Source: Eutreptiella sp. 'Long Island Sound 2002' (taxonomy: Eukaryota > Protista > Euglenida). From it: a stretch of DNA of 64,000 nucleotides. Both the position numbers and the translations under genes were made by a program. This document shows, piece after piece, positions 36,966 to 49,043 of this stretch. The stretch lies in the NCBI GenBank assembly GCA_964036045.1, contig OZ038378.1, positions 99,448,001-99,512,000 on the forward strand, in the 5' to 3' direction. The notes beneath the pieces were generated by a model. The model made no database searches. It saw only the letters and a list, made by a program, of their open reading frames with translations, and was not told where the DNA came from. Position 1 is the stretch's first letter. Every line of letters starts with the position of its first letter.

Positions 36966-39750
36966 GGATCTATCAACTGAACAAGCGGGGGACCAGGAAG
37001 CAGTGCAAGCACCTTTGTGGGACTACACCGTCCAAAAAAAAAAAAGGAGAGAGATCAAAGACAGTGGCATTGGCGTTGCCCTCCTTGCTCTCTTTTCTGG
37101 ACATGCTTCATTGGAAAGCATCAATAAATTTGAGAGGGAATAACATGTCCAGTGATCGCAAGAAATCAACATGCGGAAAATACACCGAACACCTGTGTGA
37201 AGGCCCCTTCCAAATGCCCCTAAATTTAAGGTCACCCAAACTACCCTAGCTAAAGACAAATGCAAGCTACCTTCCCCTCACAGAAGACATCATGCAAAAT
37301 GCGGAAAGCCACACACATATCTTCTTTTCTGTTCAATTGTCAACTAAGTACAAAATCAGAATGCTCCAGAGTGGCGGCATTTGAAAGCTCACTCACCCTG
37401 CCAGCCCCTCTCTTGGCCTTTGTTTTTGCGACTATGATTGTGTGATATGGTGCTATGCCATCTTAACATCTGCGTCCGCCTTCTTCCCGTTGCTTGTCCT
37501 TCTCTGTTGAAAGGCCCACAAGTCCGGGATGGTTTACACAGGGAAGTTGTAGCGAGAGGAGCCGGTTGCTTGGCCAAGAAGTGCCAAAGCCTCGTATGTG
37601 TCCACCTCATCCTCACTTGAACCAGGGGGCAAAGTGGCTTGCAGGAGGGAATCCATCTCACCCTCCGGTTTCTATCTTACTCTATGGCACGAGTGTGCAC
37701 CCCTTGTCTCTCGTTGTCAGGCGAAGATGGCACCTTCAATAGCACGGCATGCAAAAGAAGATGCGCAACCACTTGTTTCTGAAAGCAAGGTATCAATGGC
37801 GTACACAAAGCAACACGATTGCAAGGAAGCAATGCGGGCGATTAGTTTTCCCATCCGGCCATGTCGGGGGTTAGTAGCAAAGGCTAGTAATCTTCCCTTT
37901 ACACTGGTGAGGACAGAATTGCTCGGTACAACAAAATGAAATCAAGTGTAGCATCACTCTTTGCAAAGTGAGAGGAGAGGAATAGCACAAAAAACTTGCA
38001 AACATTGAAGGAGCACGCTCCGAGCCTCAATCACGCATACTCATGAGCAGTGGTGCGGCCTCGTATAGGGCATTCGACTGTGGTCAGGCAAAAACAAGGG
38101 AGTCCGTCACCCCAACTCCAGGGCCCGCACCAAAGTGTGGGAGTCCATGGTGGAGATGAGCAAAAAAGTGTGAAAAGGGGTGGAAATGGGTGAAAGTGGG
38201 TGAAAATCCAAAAATGCCATATCCCCAATGTGGAAGAAGCATCAAAACCTGCGCTAGGGGCAACAATGGCGCCCCTAGTATCACAAAGTATGGGTCACTA
38301 GTACGGCTAGACGCCCAAATAGTTGCACTGTGCGTGACTGCATTTAAATCGCCCCCTCAGCAGACCAAATTAGCACCAAACTAATCACAAAAACCCTTGC
38401 ATTTCATTTTCTAAAAAAAATTCAGTGCGGCAATTCATAAACTAAAATCTTGACATATTTTTAGACAGACACCCACTCATTCACTCATTGCCCTTTCACC
38501 AACTTGCATGCTTTTCTTCTATCCTCTGTCCTTAAACTATTGCAGAAAACCTGCCACAGTAAAAGAAAAACAGACAGAAACCAATGCACGCCCAGAGATG
38601 CAACAAATGGCTGAAGGCAACGGTGGCCGCCCGTTCAATGGTCATCCATTCAATCCCACAAAAAAAAGAGGAATCAACACAGAGCGATTTGCTCTCGTCA
38701 TGTGGGTGACTGTGTGGTACCCATGTCTACATTCAAAACCAAGGAACATGGGGGGTGCCCACGTGCAATCCTTGACCCTGACACCCTTTAAACATTTTGG
38801 CCCCTTGAAGCGGGGGATGGGGGGGGGGACCAAAAATAACCACTTTCTTTGAACCACCGTGGTATCCAGACAATATTCACACCCACGCAACCTGTGCAGC
38901 CACCTCCTAGTCTACTAACGCCAAAAGCAACCTTGCCTCCCTGTCGTTTCTCATAAACCTTGCTATGAATAAAGTGGCGGGGATGCGGTGGCTTGCGGGG
39001 TTAGCATACAACAACAGAGGTCTGCACTCTCCCCCCTCACCACTGTCACGGTGGTCGTAGCCGCCCACCTCCTACCAAGGGGGCCCATTGATAGTACAGA
39101 AACCTCTTTGGCATGGCCCGCACCAAAGAGGGTGCCCCACAGGGTGCCCAAGCCTATGAGGCTATTTCGACCCTTTCGCGTTTCGCATCACCATCTCAGG
39201 GGGTGAGGTGGTCGTTTCGCGTCGTTTCACATTTCGCACCTACTTCTCCGTGTGACGGCCTTTCGAGCCTCTTCTAGGCCAATGCAACTCAGGAGTCTCT
39301 TATGGCTATGGCGGGTGAGGACTACTTCCCCACGCCATTGTGTGTGGCCGACTAGACCTATGGGGTGTCCCACAGTCTGGGGGTCATATACCAGCTTGAT
39401 CATAATGGTTTTGCCCGACTTTTGCCCCCTTTTTGGTTTTGATACGATGTGACGTGCGTCAAACGGCATTCGTCACACCCGAACTGAGGGGGTATAGGGA
39501 GTGATACACCATCTCCCACAAAAAGTGCTCCATAGTAAGGGGGGCTCACATTAGGATACCTTACTATGCACCCCCTTACTGTGGGACACCCCATACCGTG
39601 CATGCCACTAAAGGGTTGGAACAAATATATTCAACATTCAAGTATCATGCATACAAAGAGATCTCACTCTAAATCAAAGGAATCGGGGCGGATTGGCGTG
39701 GCTTGGGCCTCATTCACCCTCTCTTGGTAAGGCTGCTCTAGCATCATTCT

Positions 39751-40530
39751 CTAAGGACCCGGTTGTCCACCGGTTGAATTTTCTCCTCCGGTGGGCACCA
39801 ATGAAGCTCCCGACGCTTGCGGCATTGCTCTTGGTTCTTCTTCGATCACAATAGCTTTCGACCTTGATGGCAACCCAATACCGGAGCCTTTTTCCGGACT
39901 TTGATTTACCAACATGGTGTTCATGGAGAGTCTCGGAATGTAGGGCAACTCACGTGGATCAACCTTCGGTGCCCCATACGGAGGTTTCATAGGCCTGTGA
40001 GATGCCGGCTGCCCTTGAGAGAGCCCATGTTCAACATGATCACGTTCAAGTTCAGGTTCATGTTCTGGTTCCCGTCTTGGTGTCGATGATGGTCTCGTCA
40101 TTCGCCGACCTTCAACTTGCACCAATTTTTTTCCGGTACCCTCCATAGCTTCAACACATCAATAGTTTCTTGTTGATATGGAACCAACCTCGTGACCTGC
40201 AGCTCATACTTGGCCACAGCGTTCCGGATTTCCTCCACGGTGCTCAAGAACTCGGTTCCATCGTCGATCATGGCAGACAAGTCCTCTTTGAGCTTCTCAA
40301 TCCGCGCGATGACCCAATCCATTCCCACCATGTGGTTCACTGGTGACCCCCTCAAGATCTCCACATGATCACAATGACAATGACCATCACACTTAGGAGT
40401 TGCCCTATCTTGGGTGTCCTCCATGGGGTCATCTCCTTATCCTCCTCCATCATTTCCCAATGATTGTCCTCCATGTACCCTCAGGTCCTCCATGGGGTCA
40501 CCTTGTCCTCCTCCACCATTTCCCGACGGC
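39751..40530 (-). pseudogene. Decayed gag-like/coiled-coil ORF
   Basis: Coherent frames (WVIARIEKLKEDLSAMIDDGTEFLSTVEEIRNAVAKYELQV...) joined by a frameshift and one TAA; no diagnostic motif. Confidence 0.35.
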
Positions 40531-40535
40531 TGCAG

Positions 40536-42196
40536 GGCCGGGGGTCAGGGGTATTGCCGCTCTACTTACGTACCCGAGCACGACACCTCGGCCTGCACCC
40601 GATGTTGCAACAGTTGGGGCCGTGGCCGCTCTGAGGCCTTGGAAGTCTCCCACCCCGGAGTCTCCAAGTCTTTTTTGGGCCACGGAAAAATGGGGAAAAT
40701 GGGGGAACACGGGGGAAAATGGGGAGAAATAGGTGAAAATGGGGGGAAATGGGGGAAAACGGGGGGAAACGGGGGGGGGAATGGGGGGAAATGCGGGGGT
40801 ATGGGATGCCAGAGCACGCTTGTTCGCCACTGTTACTTCTTTGACGACAGACATGATTGCAACACAAGCATTCGGTAGGCGGTGCATTCAAAGCGAAGAA
40901 GCGTTTTGCCGTCTCGTGTACCATACACAATTCGTACTTGCTCATGGTGGTGGAAGTACACCATTGAAACAAAAGGAGACATGGGCCTTGTGTGTTCCCT
41001 CCGCCATACTCTGCTGCTTGTTGGAACGAACACGTTTCCAAACTGAAACCGAGCGTTCTACGTCACAAGAAGTGTGGAGAATGGCCAGGATGGACCGTGC
41101 AATGCGGTACATTGTGGGTAGGCACACAGCCATGCCTTCCCACGACTATAGCACGTCAAATTGTGGGGTGCAGGGTGCAACGGAAACACCGAGTTGGTAG
41201 TAGGCGTTCTTTCTCGTTCCAAAATCGTCCCGCCGGCTTCTTCACGTTTCCCCAAAACCACCACGGGCAGAATCCGATCGACGTTTGCAAACTTGGGTTC
41301 ACGGGCCCCACTATACTTGGCTGTCAGATGCATCCCCAAACTAGAAGCTTTTTCCCATTCGCCCTTCAGCTTCTTCGAGCATTGAGCATCAGATAGCCAG
41401 CCACGTTTGACTCTTGTTTCATCATGAACAACACACCCTCATGAGGCCAAAAAGCCTCAGGGTCCGTTTGTGTGAAAAATCTGAAGCACAGGTGGAATGG
41501 TACAAAAGAACCAAAAGCAAAACCAAAGGACAACATTATCAAAATTGCTGGAAAAATGGATGGAAAAATGGATGAAAAACGGGACGTTCGAAGAAAAACG
41601 GAAGAAAAATGGTCGGAAAAGTGGCAAAAAAAAAAGGCACTTTTCTTTACCAAAGTTCGGTCTCCGGTTTCCGGAGTGCAAAAATGGGGGGAAATTGAGG
41701 TCTCCGGGGGTCTCCGGAAAATTGGAGCCTTCATAGGGTTGCGCTCTCCTCGGCTCATCCTCGGATGGCAGATACATCTCATACCTGTTGGAATCTGCAA
41801 ACCGCAAGAGTCTCGGCGGGCTTGCACTTGTGTCAATTGCCGCCCCTTTGTCCTTCCGTGGGCTTGGTTTCCGGTACTTCCGCTTCTACCCGCTGCCACT
41901 TGAGATTTAACCGTCCGTATCCGACCACGCATACCACGAAGTCGGCACGGCTGGTTACAGCGGTTGTCACAGCATTTGATGAGGTGTGCATGGTGCACTT
42001 CCTCAATATCCACTTCACGTCCGGGAATCATGTCACTCCGAGTGTCCACGCTCCTTCAGGCTTCCCGCGGCGCCTGTGATCTCGGGTGGGGCTCATAAAG
42101 ACCCGAGACCCGAGGCACGTGTCGCTAGGGAGTGGGATGGGCGCAGCGCATCCATTACTCGTCTCCCGCCGATTCCGCCTTTGTCCCCGCTCCCTA
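40536..42196 (-). mobile_element. Internally deleted hAT transposon
   Basis: 40942-41133 reads PTMYRIARSILAILHTSCDVERSVSVWKRVRSNKQQSMAEGTHKAHVSFCFNG, a hAT C-terminal dimerization motif. Candidate ends are cagggccggggtc and gtccccgctcccta. Subterminal aaatgggg repeats. The candidate TSD matches only 5/8, so the ends are tentative. Confidence 0.7.
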
Positions 42197-43189
42197 GAGA
42201 GCTCAGGTCACCTCTGCTACCATCAAGGCGGTCAGGACTTTTACCCTCACTTGGTTGTCCTTGGGAGGATCTTGCACCCTGAATCTTTGCCCTATCAAAC
42301 ACTCCCAACGTCTTCGACCTTTGAATTGCCTCCATTGCCCCTTGCAAAATATTGCGGTTTCCCGCACTAAAATTATCGTTGAAAAGGCCCTGAGGTCCCA
42401 ACAAGACGAACATAAGAAGAAGTCGGGATACACTTGGATTAGATGAACACTTGGGCCGGTGTGACTTGTAAAGCAGAGCGGTGCCGAAGTATTCGCACAC
42501 CGCCCACGGGCTTATGCTCAATTCATGGAGAGGGAAGAGAAGAGTGAAAAGAGCCGGGAAAGAAGCACTACAATTGCAACATACAATTGGAGCATTAATT
42601 CAATTAAATAGACAATCCACTTTCATGGCAAAGACGAGAATCCCAAGAATCAATCTAGATACCATGCACATTCGAACTATGTGTTCCGTTATGGACATAT
42701 GACGCCATGCTAGCACAACCTCAATTCAACAGCTTGAGAAAACACATTGGCTCATGGGAGATCAAGCATGACACAATGACATCAATAAGGTCCATATGGT
42801 GTATGACAAAGCACAAGAAAAATCATATACACCACAATGGCATCATTGGGTTCCTCGTGAAGCCTGGCCACACAGAGTCCATCCTCAACTCCGCCCACAA
42901 GATGACAAAATGGAATTGAGAAACCTAAGTTCCAAACATGAGAAATGTTCTCGACATGGAGTGTGAGCACAAAGTAATGCATGGCAACATACATGACATG
43001 TCCACCCTCATGAGTCACCAATGAAGATGTACGAAGAGCTTGCCATAAAGAACACCAATTATGCATCATGCACAGAACAACCGAGCAAAAGCACCCGTGG
43101 CAACACGCCCAACCGTCGTCAGGTGGACTTGCACGATACAAGAAGAAGTGCCACCTGGACCTTTCTAGAAAAAGTGCGTGACAAATCAG

Positions 43190-44038
43190 CTACCACATCA
43201 TGTACCACCAGAGTTTGACAAATGCAAGGGTGCACTGAAAAACAGGGCTTCGAGACACAGGGGAAAAATCATTGTACAGTGAGACTTCAATAGCATCACG
43301 TGAACGAAAGGAGGAACCGCCTTGTAGGGATAGGGTGTGAAAATGCAACCGGAGTTTGTCGAAGATTATCGGGGCAATCCAAACCTTGTCGTATTTACCT
43401 GCATTCCAAAGTGTGCACATGAGGGTGTAGGATGTACAACAGCATGCAATGAGATACAGTGTTGGAAGAAAGAAAGCAATACATCGCCATATTTCAATGG
43501 GGATACAACACACGACGTCGGGGGGCACCGAAGGGAAAATCACCGGCAGTGAGTATGGGCTGAAATTAGATTCTGTGAAAGTTGCAAGGATAGTGGTGTC
43601 GATTGAGTTCAAGAAACGCTCAAGTTCGGTGGTGGATGGGTTCGTATCGAAAATGTTTTTGCCAACGGAAAATGGTGGGTTGGTTGTGTGGAGAAGTCCC
43701 CATTTGTTAGCACAACGAAGCAACAGATTCTTCCATTGACCCTTGGTACACGTTTGAACATAAAGGTTGTTCCGGTGACAACATTCCAAATGGGAACAGT
43801 TTTGGTCCGTAACATTTCCTACGGGAACACAACCGGAACAAGCAATAGGGACCAAATAACCTGGTGTATCGCCATAATTTTCGAAACTTGCAAATGATGT
43901 TTTCCGTCCTTTTCTTGCGTGCTGAGCGTGTTCGGGGCTTGTCTGTGTCGTTACGGCCTGGCTGACATATTGTGTGGGATTAGGGTGAACTTCCACTAGG
44001 TGCATGCATTTTGAACTTTTGACACCCGTCTTCAACAC
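43190..44038 (-). pseudogene. ORF with an F-box-like motif in a dispersed repeat (copy 1)
   Basis: CCIPIEIWRCIAFFLPTLYLIACCCTSYTLMCTL fits the F-box LPxEIWxxIxxxL pattern. Confidence 0.55.
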
Positions 44039-45064
44039 TGTTGGTATTCTTGGTGCAAAGTCATAGTTCGATGACTTTCCAAAAGTGACATTTGGGTTTT
44101 CCGTTTCACTTGTCTATGGTTGTTGTGCCCCGTGCTTCTTTTTACCAGCTGGTCACACAACAAATGCTATGTAGTTTCAAAGGTAGCTTCCCCCGGGAGT
44201 ATGCACTTCAAAATGTTGGCATCTGTGTTTAATCTATATAGATCACCGTGCCTATGAAACATACACAATCCATAATTTCCGAAATGTGCAAATGATGTTT
44301 CCCAACTATTTCTTGCGTGTTTAGCATGTTAGCGGCTTGTTTTTGTCATTGGGGCCTTGCTTGCATGTTGTGTGGGGCTAGGGCCAACCTCCACTAGGTG
44401 CATGCATTCTAAACTTTTGTCACCCATCTTTGTCAGTGGCTCTTTTTGCCTATCCACATCAAGATTTCCACCATTTATCCATGGTTGGGACACATGCTTT
44501 TTTTCTGCTAGTGTGTCCCATTGCCGTGCCTAGTATTTCTTTTTGCTATTTGCGTCCATATGCGCATATTGCTTGGTAAACGGGAATCTCCAGGACGGCT
44601 ATGGTCAATTGTGCTCCACAGTTGCTACTGTTCTTGGTTTGTATGAACGTATCCCGCTCCCAAGTTGGGAAACCTTCATTCCTCCTATGTTTTTGCCCTG
44701 TAAATGCGCCTATAGCCAACTTTTGTTGTTTGGTGTCTGTAGATCTGTCGTTGGAGGCTAGAGGTTGCCCCCACTACATGTATGGGTTTCAGACTTTTGG
44801 CAACCTTTGTTCCGGTTGAGTTCCAGTAAGTTGTTCCAGCGATGTTCCGGTGGCGTTCAAGCCAATTGTTTGAACTACCGCCAGAACATGTTGGTTCCAA
44901 CAAATTGCAAATTTTCTTCTTTAGTAGATCCAACAAGCCCCCACCCCTCTCTTGGGGTGCGGTAGTGTGGTTGGTGTGTGGTGCATTGCTAAGTGGCTGG
45001 GATAGTCGGTTGGTTGGTCAGTGGGTTGCTTGGCCCCCAAGGTTAGGCTCCCCCCCACACACAC

Positions 45065-48000
45065 ACCACACATACAAAGACGATGATGAAGGCACCTCGA
45101 CACACCCATCCCCTCCCACACCCGTCCCTCCTTCCTCCTTCCTCTATCCTCCCCTTCCCCTAGCGGTTAAGGTTAGGGGGGGTATGCCCTTTTCTTTTTG
45201 CAGGTTCTTTACTTGTGTTATGTGTGTTTCCTTCGTTGCATACAACAAGTATGAAGAGTACTTAAAGCGTCCGCAGGTATGTTGACCTTCACCTTCCTGC
45301 TGTGTGCGGGTGTATGTGGTGGGTGTGTAGGTGGATCAGTGGATTGGTTGGTTGGTGTATTGTGATGTTTTTGGGTGTGAGCACTGTGTTTGTGTGTGTG
45401 TGTGTGTGTGTGTCCTTTTTCTTGCCCAAATCAATCTCCCCCAGCAGCCCCCTCCCCCCCCCTTGCGCATGCCGTGCGTCCTCACTGTGCTCGCAAGGGC
45501 TGGGGTGGCTATGATGTGCTCTATTGTACAATGATGTGTTGCCTCTGTTGTGTTGCAGCGTGCTGTGTTGCTAGTGCAACCCACTGTTGTGCGATGTGGG
45601 CGGTGGGCGCTGGGCGGTGGTATGTGGTTGGTGGTCTTTGGTCTGTGGTCTGTGGTCGGTGGACTTTGGTCTCTGGTTGGTGGTCGGTGATCTATAGTTT
45701 GTGGCTGGTGGTCCGTGGTCTATGGTTTGTGGTCTGTCGTCGGTGGTCTCTAGTCTATGCGTGGTGGTTTCTGGCAAGTGGCTTGTGGGTGGTGGTCTGT
45801 GGTTGGCAACCCGAAAAAAAAATTGTTCCGGCGACATTCCGGTAACTTGTTCTGGCGGCGTTCCGGCGGCCACTAGAACGCCGCCGGAACGTCGCCGGAA
45901 CAAGTTGCCGGAACGTCGCCGGAACAAAGTGTTGGCGGGACACGCTGACAATATTCCACACACCACCAACCAGAGACCACCAACCACAGACCATAAACTA
46001 CAAACTACACACCACAGACCACCAACCAAAGAATACTAGCCACAGAGCAACACTCCACGGGCCACAGACCAGAGACCACATACCACGGACCACAGACCAC
46101 AGTCCAGAGACCACAGACCCCCAACAACAGAGCACCAACCAAAGACCACCAGCCACAGACCGCAGACCAGAGACCACACACCACCAGCGAGAAACCACAA
46201 ACCACAGGCCACTGACCACTGACCACTGACCACCATCCATAGACAACCGGCCAAAGCCACAGACCACCTACGAGAGATCACAGAGCACATACCATTGACC
46301 ACTGACCACTGACTACCAACCACAGACCACCAACCACAGGCCACCAACCACAGACCACGATCCACAGACCACCAACCACACACCACCAACCACGAGACCA
46401 CCAACCACCGACCACCGACCACAGAATACAGACCACCAGCGAGAGACCACAAACCATGGGCCACTAACCACTGACCACTTACCACCATCCATACACAACC
46501 GGCCACAGACCACAGACCACTATCAGAGATCGCAGGCCACATACCATTGACCACTGACGACGGACCACCAACCACCGACCACTGACCACAGATCACAGAC
46601 CACCAACCACAAACCACTGACCACCAACCACAGACCACATACCGCCAACCACAGACCACCAGCCACAGACCACAGACCACAGACCACCGCCCACAGACCA
46701 CAGACCACAGCCCACAGGCCACAAACAACAGACCACAGCCCCATAGCCAAAGACCACAGACCACCGGCCACACACCATAGACCACCAACCATAGACCACT
46801 GACCACTGGCCACTGACCACTGACCACGGACCACTGACCACTGACAACAGACCCCCCACCACGGACCACCAACTACAGACCAGCAACAACAGACCGCAGA
46901 CAACCTTCCCGCTAGTAATAAGGGCCACTGAGGCGAGAAAAACAGTTCGGCGGCCTCCCCGAGAACTTGTTCCGGCGGCGTTCTCATGTCCTGTTCTGGC
47001 AACATTCCACTCTGGAACACAAAAAGACACCAGAACGCTGCGAGAACGTCATCGGAACAAGTTATCTGAACGTCGCCGGAACAACCAAAAAACCTGTGTA
47101 CCACCAACCACAGGCCACCAACCACGAGACCACCAACCACCGACCACCGACCACAGAATACAGACCACCAGCGAGAGACCACAAACCATAGGCCACTAAC
47201 CACTGACCACTTACCACCATCCATAGACAACCGGCCACAGACCACAGACCACTATCAGAGATCGCAGGCCACATACCATTGACCACTGACGACAGACCAC
47301 CAACCACCGACCACTGACTGCAGATCACAGACCACCAACCACAAACCACTGACCACCAACCACAAACCACTGACCACAGACCACAGACCACCAGCCACAG
47401 ACCACAGACCACAGACCACCGCCCACAGACCACAGCCCACAGGCCACAAACAACAGACCACAGCCCCATAGCCAGAGACCACAGACCACCGGCAACACAC
47501 CACAGACCACAAACCATAGACCACTGACCACTGGCCACTGACCACTGACCACGGACCACTGACCACTGACCACTGACAACAGACCCCCCACCACGGACCA
47601 CCGACCAAAGACCACAGACGATAGACCACAGACCACCAACCAGACCAGCAACAGCAGACCGCAGACAACTTTCCCGCTAGTAATAAGGGCCACTGAGGCG
47701 AGAAAAACAGTTTGGCGGCCTCAACCAAAAAACCTGTGTACCACCAACCACGGACCACCAACCACAGACCACAGACCACAGTCCACTGACCGCTGACCAC
47801 GAACCATTGACCAAAAACCACAGACCACAGACCACAGACCACAGACCACCAACCATACACCAAAGACCAGAGACCACAGACCATAGACCATAAACCACCA
47901 ACCACAGATCACAGCCCACAGCCCACAGCCCAAGGCCCAAAGCCCGACGCCCACCGCCCACATCACACAACACTGGGTGGCACTAGTAACACAACACACT

Positions 48001-48495
48001 GCCACACACCACAGCACAACAAAACACAAGCAAAACATCATTGTACAATAGAGCACAGCATAGCCACCCTAGCCCTTGCGAGCACAGTGAGGACGCACGG
48101 CATGTGCAAGGGGGGGAAGGCGGCTGCTGGGGGAGATTGATTTGGGCAAGAAAAAGGACACACACACACACACATAAACACAGTGCTCACACCCAAAAAC
48201 ATCACAATACACCAACCAACCAATCCACTGATCCACCTACATACCTACCACATACACCCACACACAGCAGGAAGGTGAAGGTCAACATACCTGCAGACGG
48301 TTTAAGTACTCTTCATAATTGTATGCAACGAAGGAAACACACATAACACATGTAAAGAACCTGCAAAAAGAAAAGGGCATACTCTCCCTAACCTTAACTG
48401 CTAGGGGGAGGGGAGGATAGAGGAAGGAGGAAGGAGGGACGGGTGTGGGAGGGGATGGGTGTGTGGAGGTGCCTTCATCATCGTCTTTGTGTGTG
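45065..48495. repeat. Large imperfect inverted repeat (fold-back) centred at ~45875; the right arm is expanded by GTGGTCT/AGACCAC-type repeats
   Basis: 45068-45600 is the reverse complement of about 47950-48493. Central hairpin 45823-45870 / 45880-45927 (48 bp, 4 mismatches, 9-nt loop). Confidence 0.9.
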
Positions 48496-49043
48496 CGTAT
48501 GTGACGGGATGGGGGGTGGCACCCACGGCTAACAGGGACAAAAGTCCGGGGGTAGAGGCGCAAGGTGACGGTGTGGTGGTTAGGGATTGAGAAGGGGCGA
48601 GTAGTGGGGCCGGTGGGAAACGTTCCATGGTGCTCTTTGACCCCATGAGGAACAAAGACTACTGGGCGAAGGACCCGCAATGAGACCAACCCCATGCGCC
48701 ATCGCCGGCACCTTGACCTACAATGTATGTTCCACTTACCCTTTATCCGCCCTTTCATCTTTGTGTCCCTTGCGTGCTCTGGTTGTGTTCCGTTACCTTG
48801 TTCTGGCGGTGTTCCGGTGGTGTTCTGGCAAAAACTGTTTTTAAAATGCAAATATTTTTCGCATGATAACACGGAATACGACAAATCTGAAAGTACCAGC
48901 GGGGTGCCCCTAGGCTACCAAACAACATATTTTCATAGCATGAATGGGTGTGCTTTGTTGGGGGGTAAATCAACTTCTAACTCTTCTTGCTCCAGCCATT
49001 TTTGTTGGAACACTGGAACCATTTCCCAGAACTACCTTTGCGT

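Noticed and set aside
37060-37143. ALLALFSGHASLESINKF resembling an ISAs1-type transposase N-terminus
   Set aside because: Too short, with no downstream catalytic motifs or termini.
45571-48056. Long Val/Trp/Cys-rich ORFs
   Set aside because: Translations of GTGGTCT-type simple repeats.
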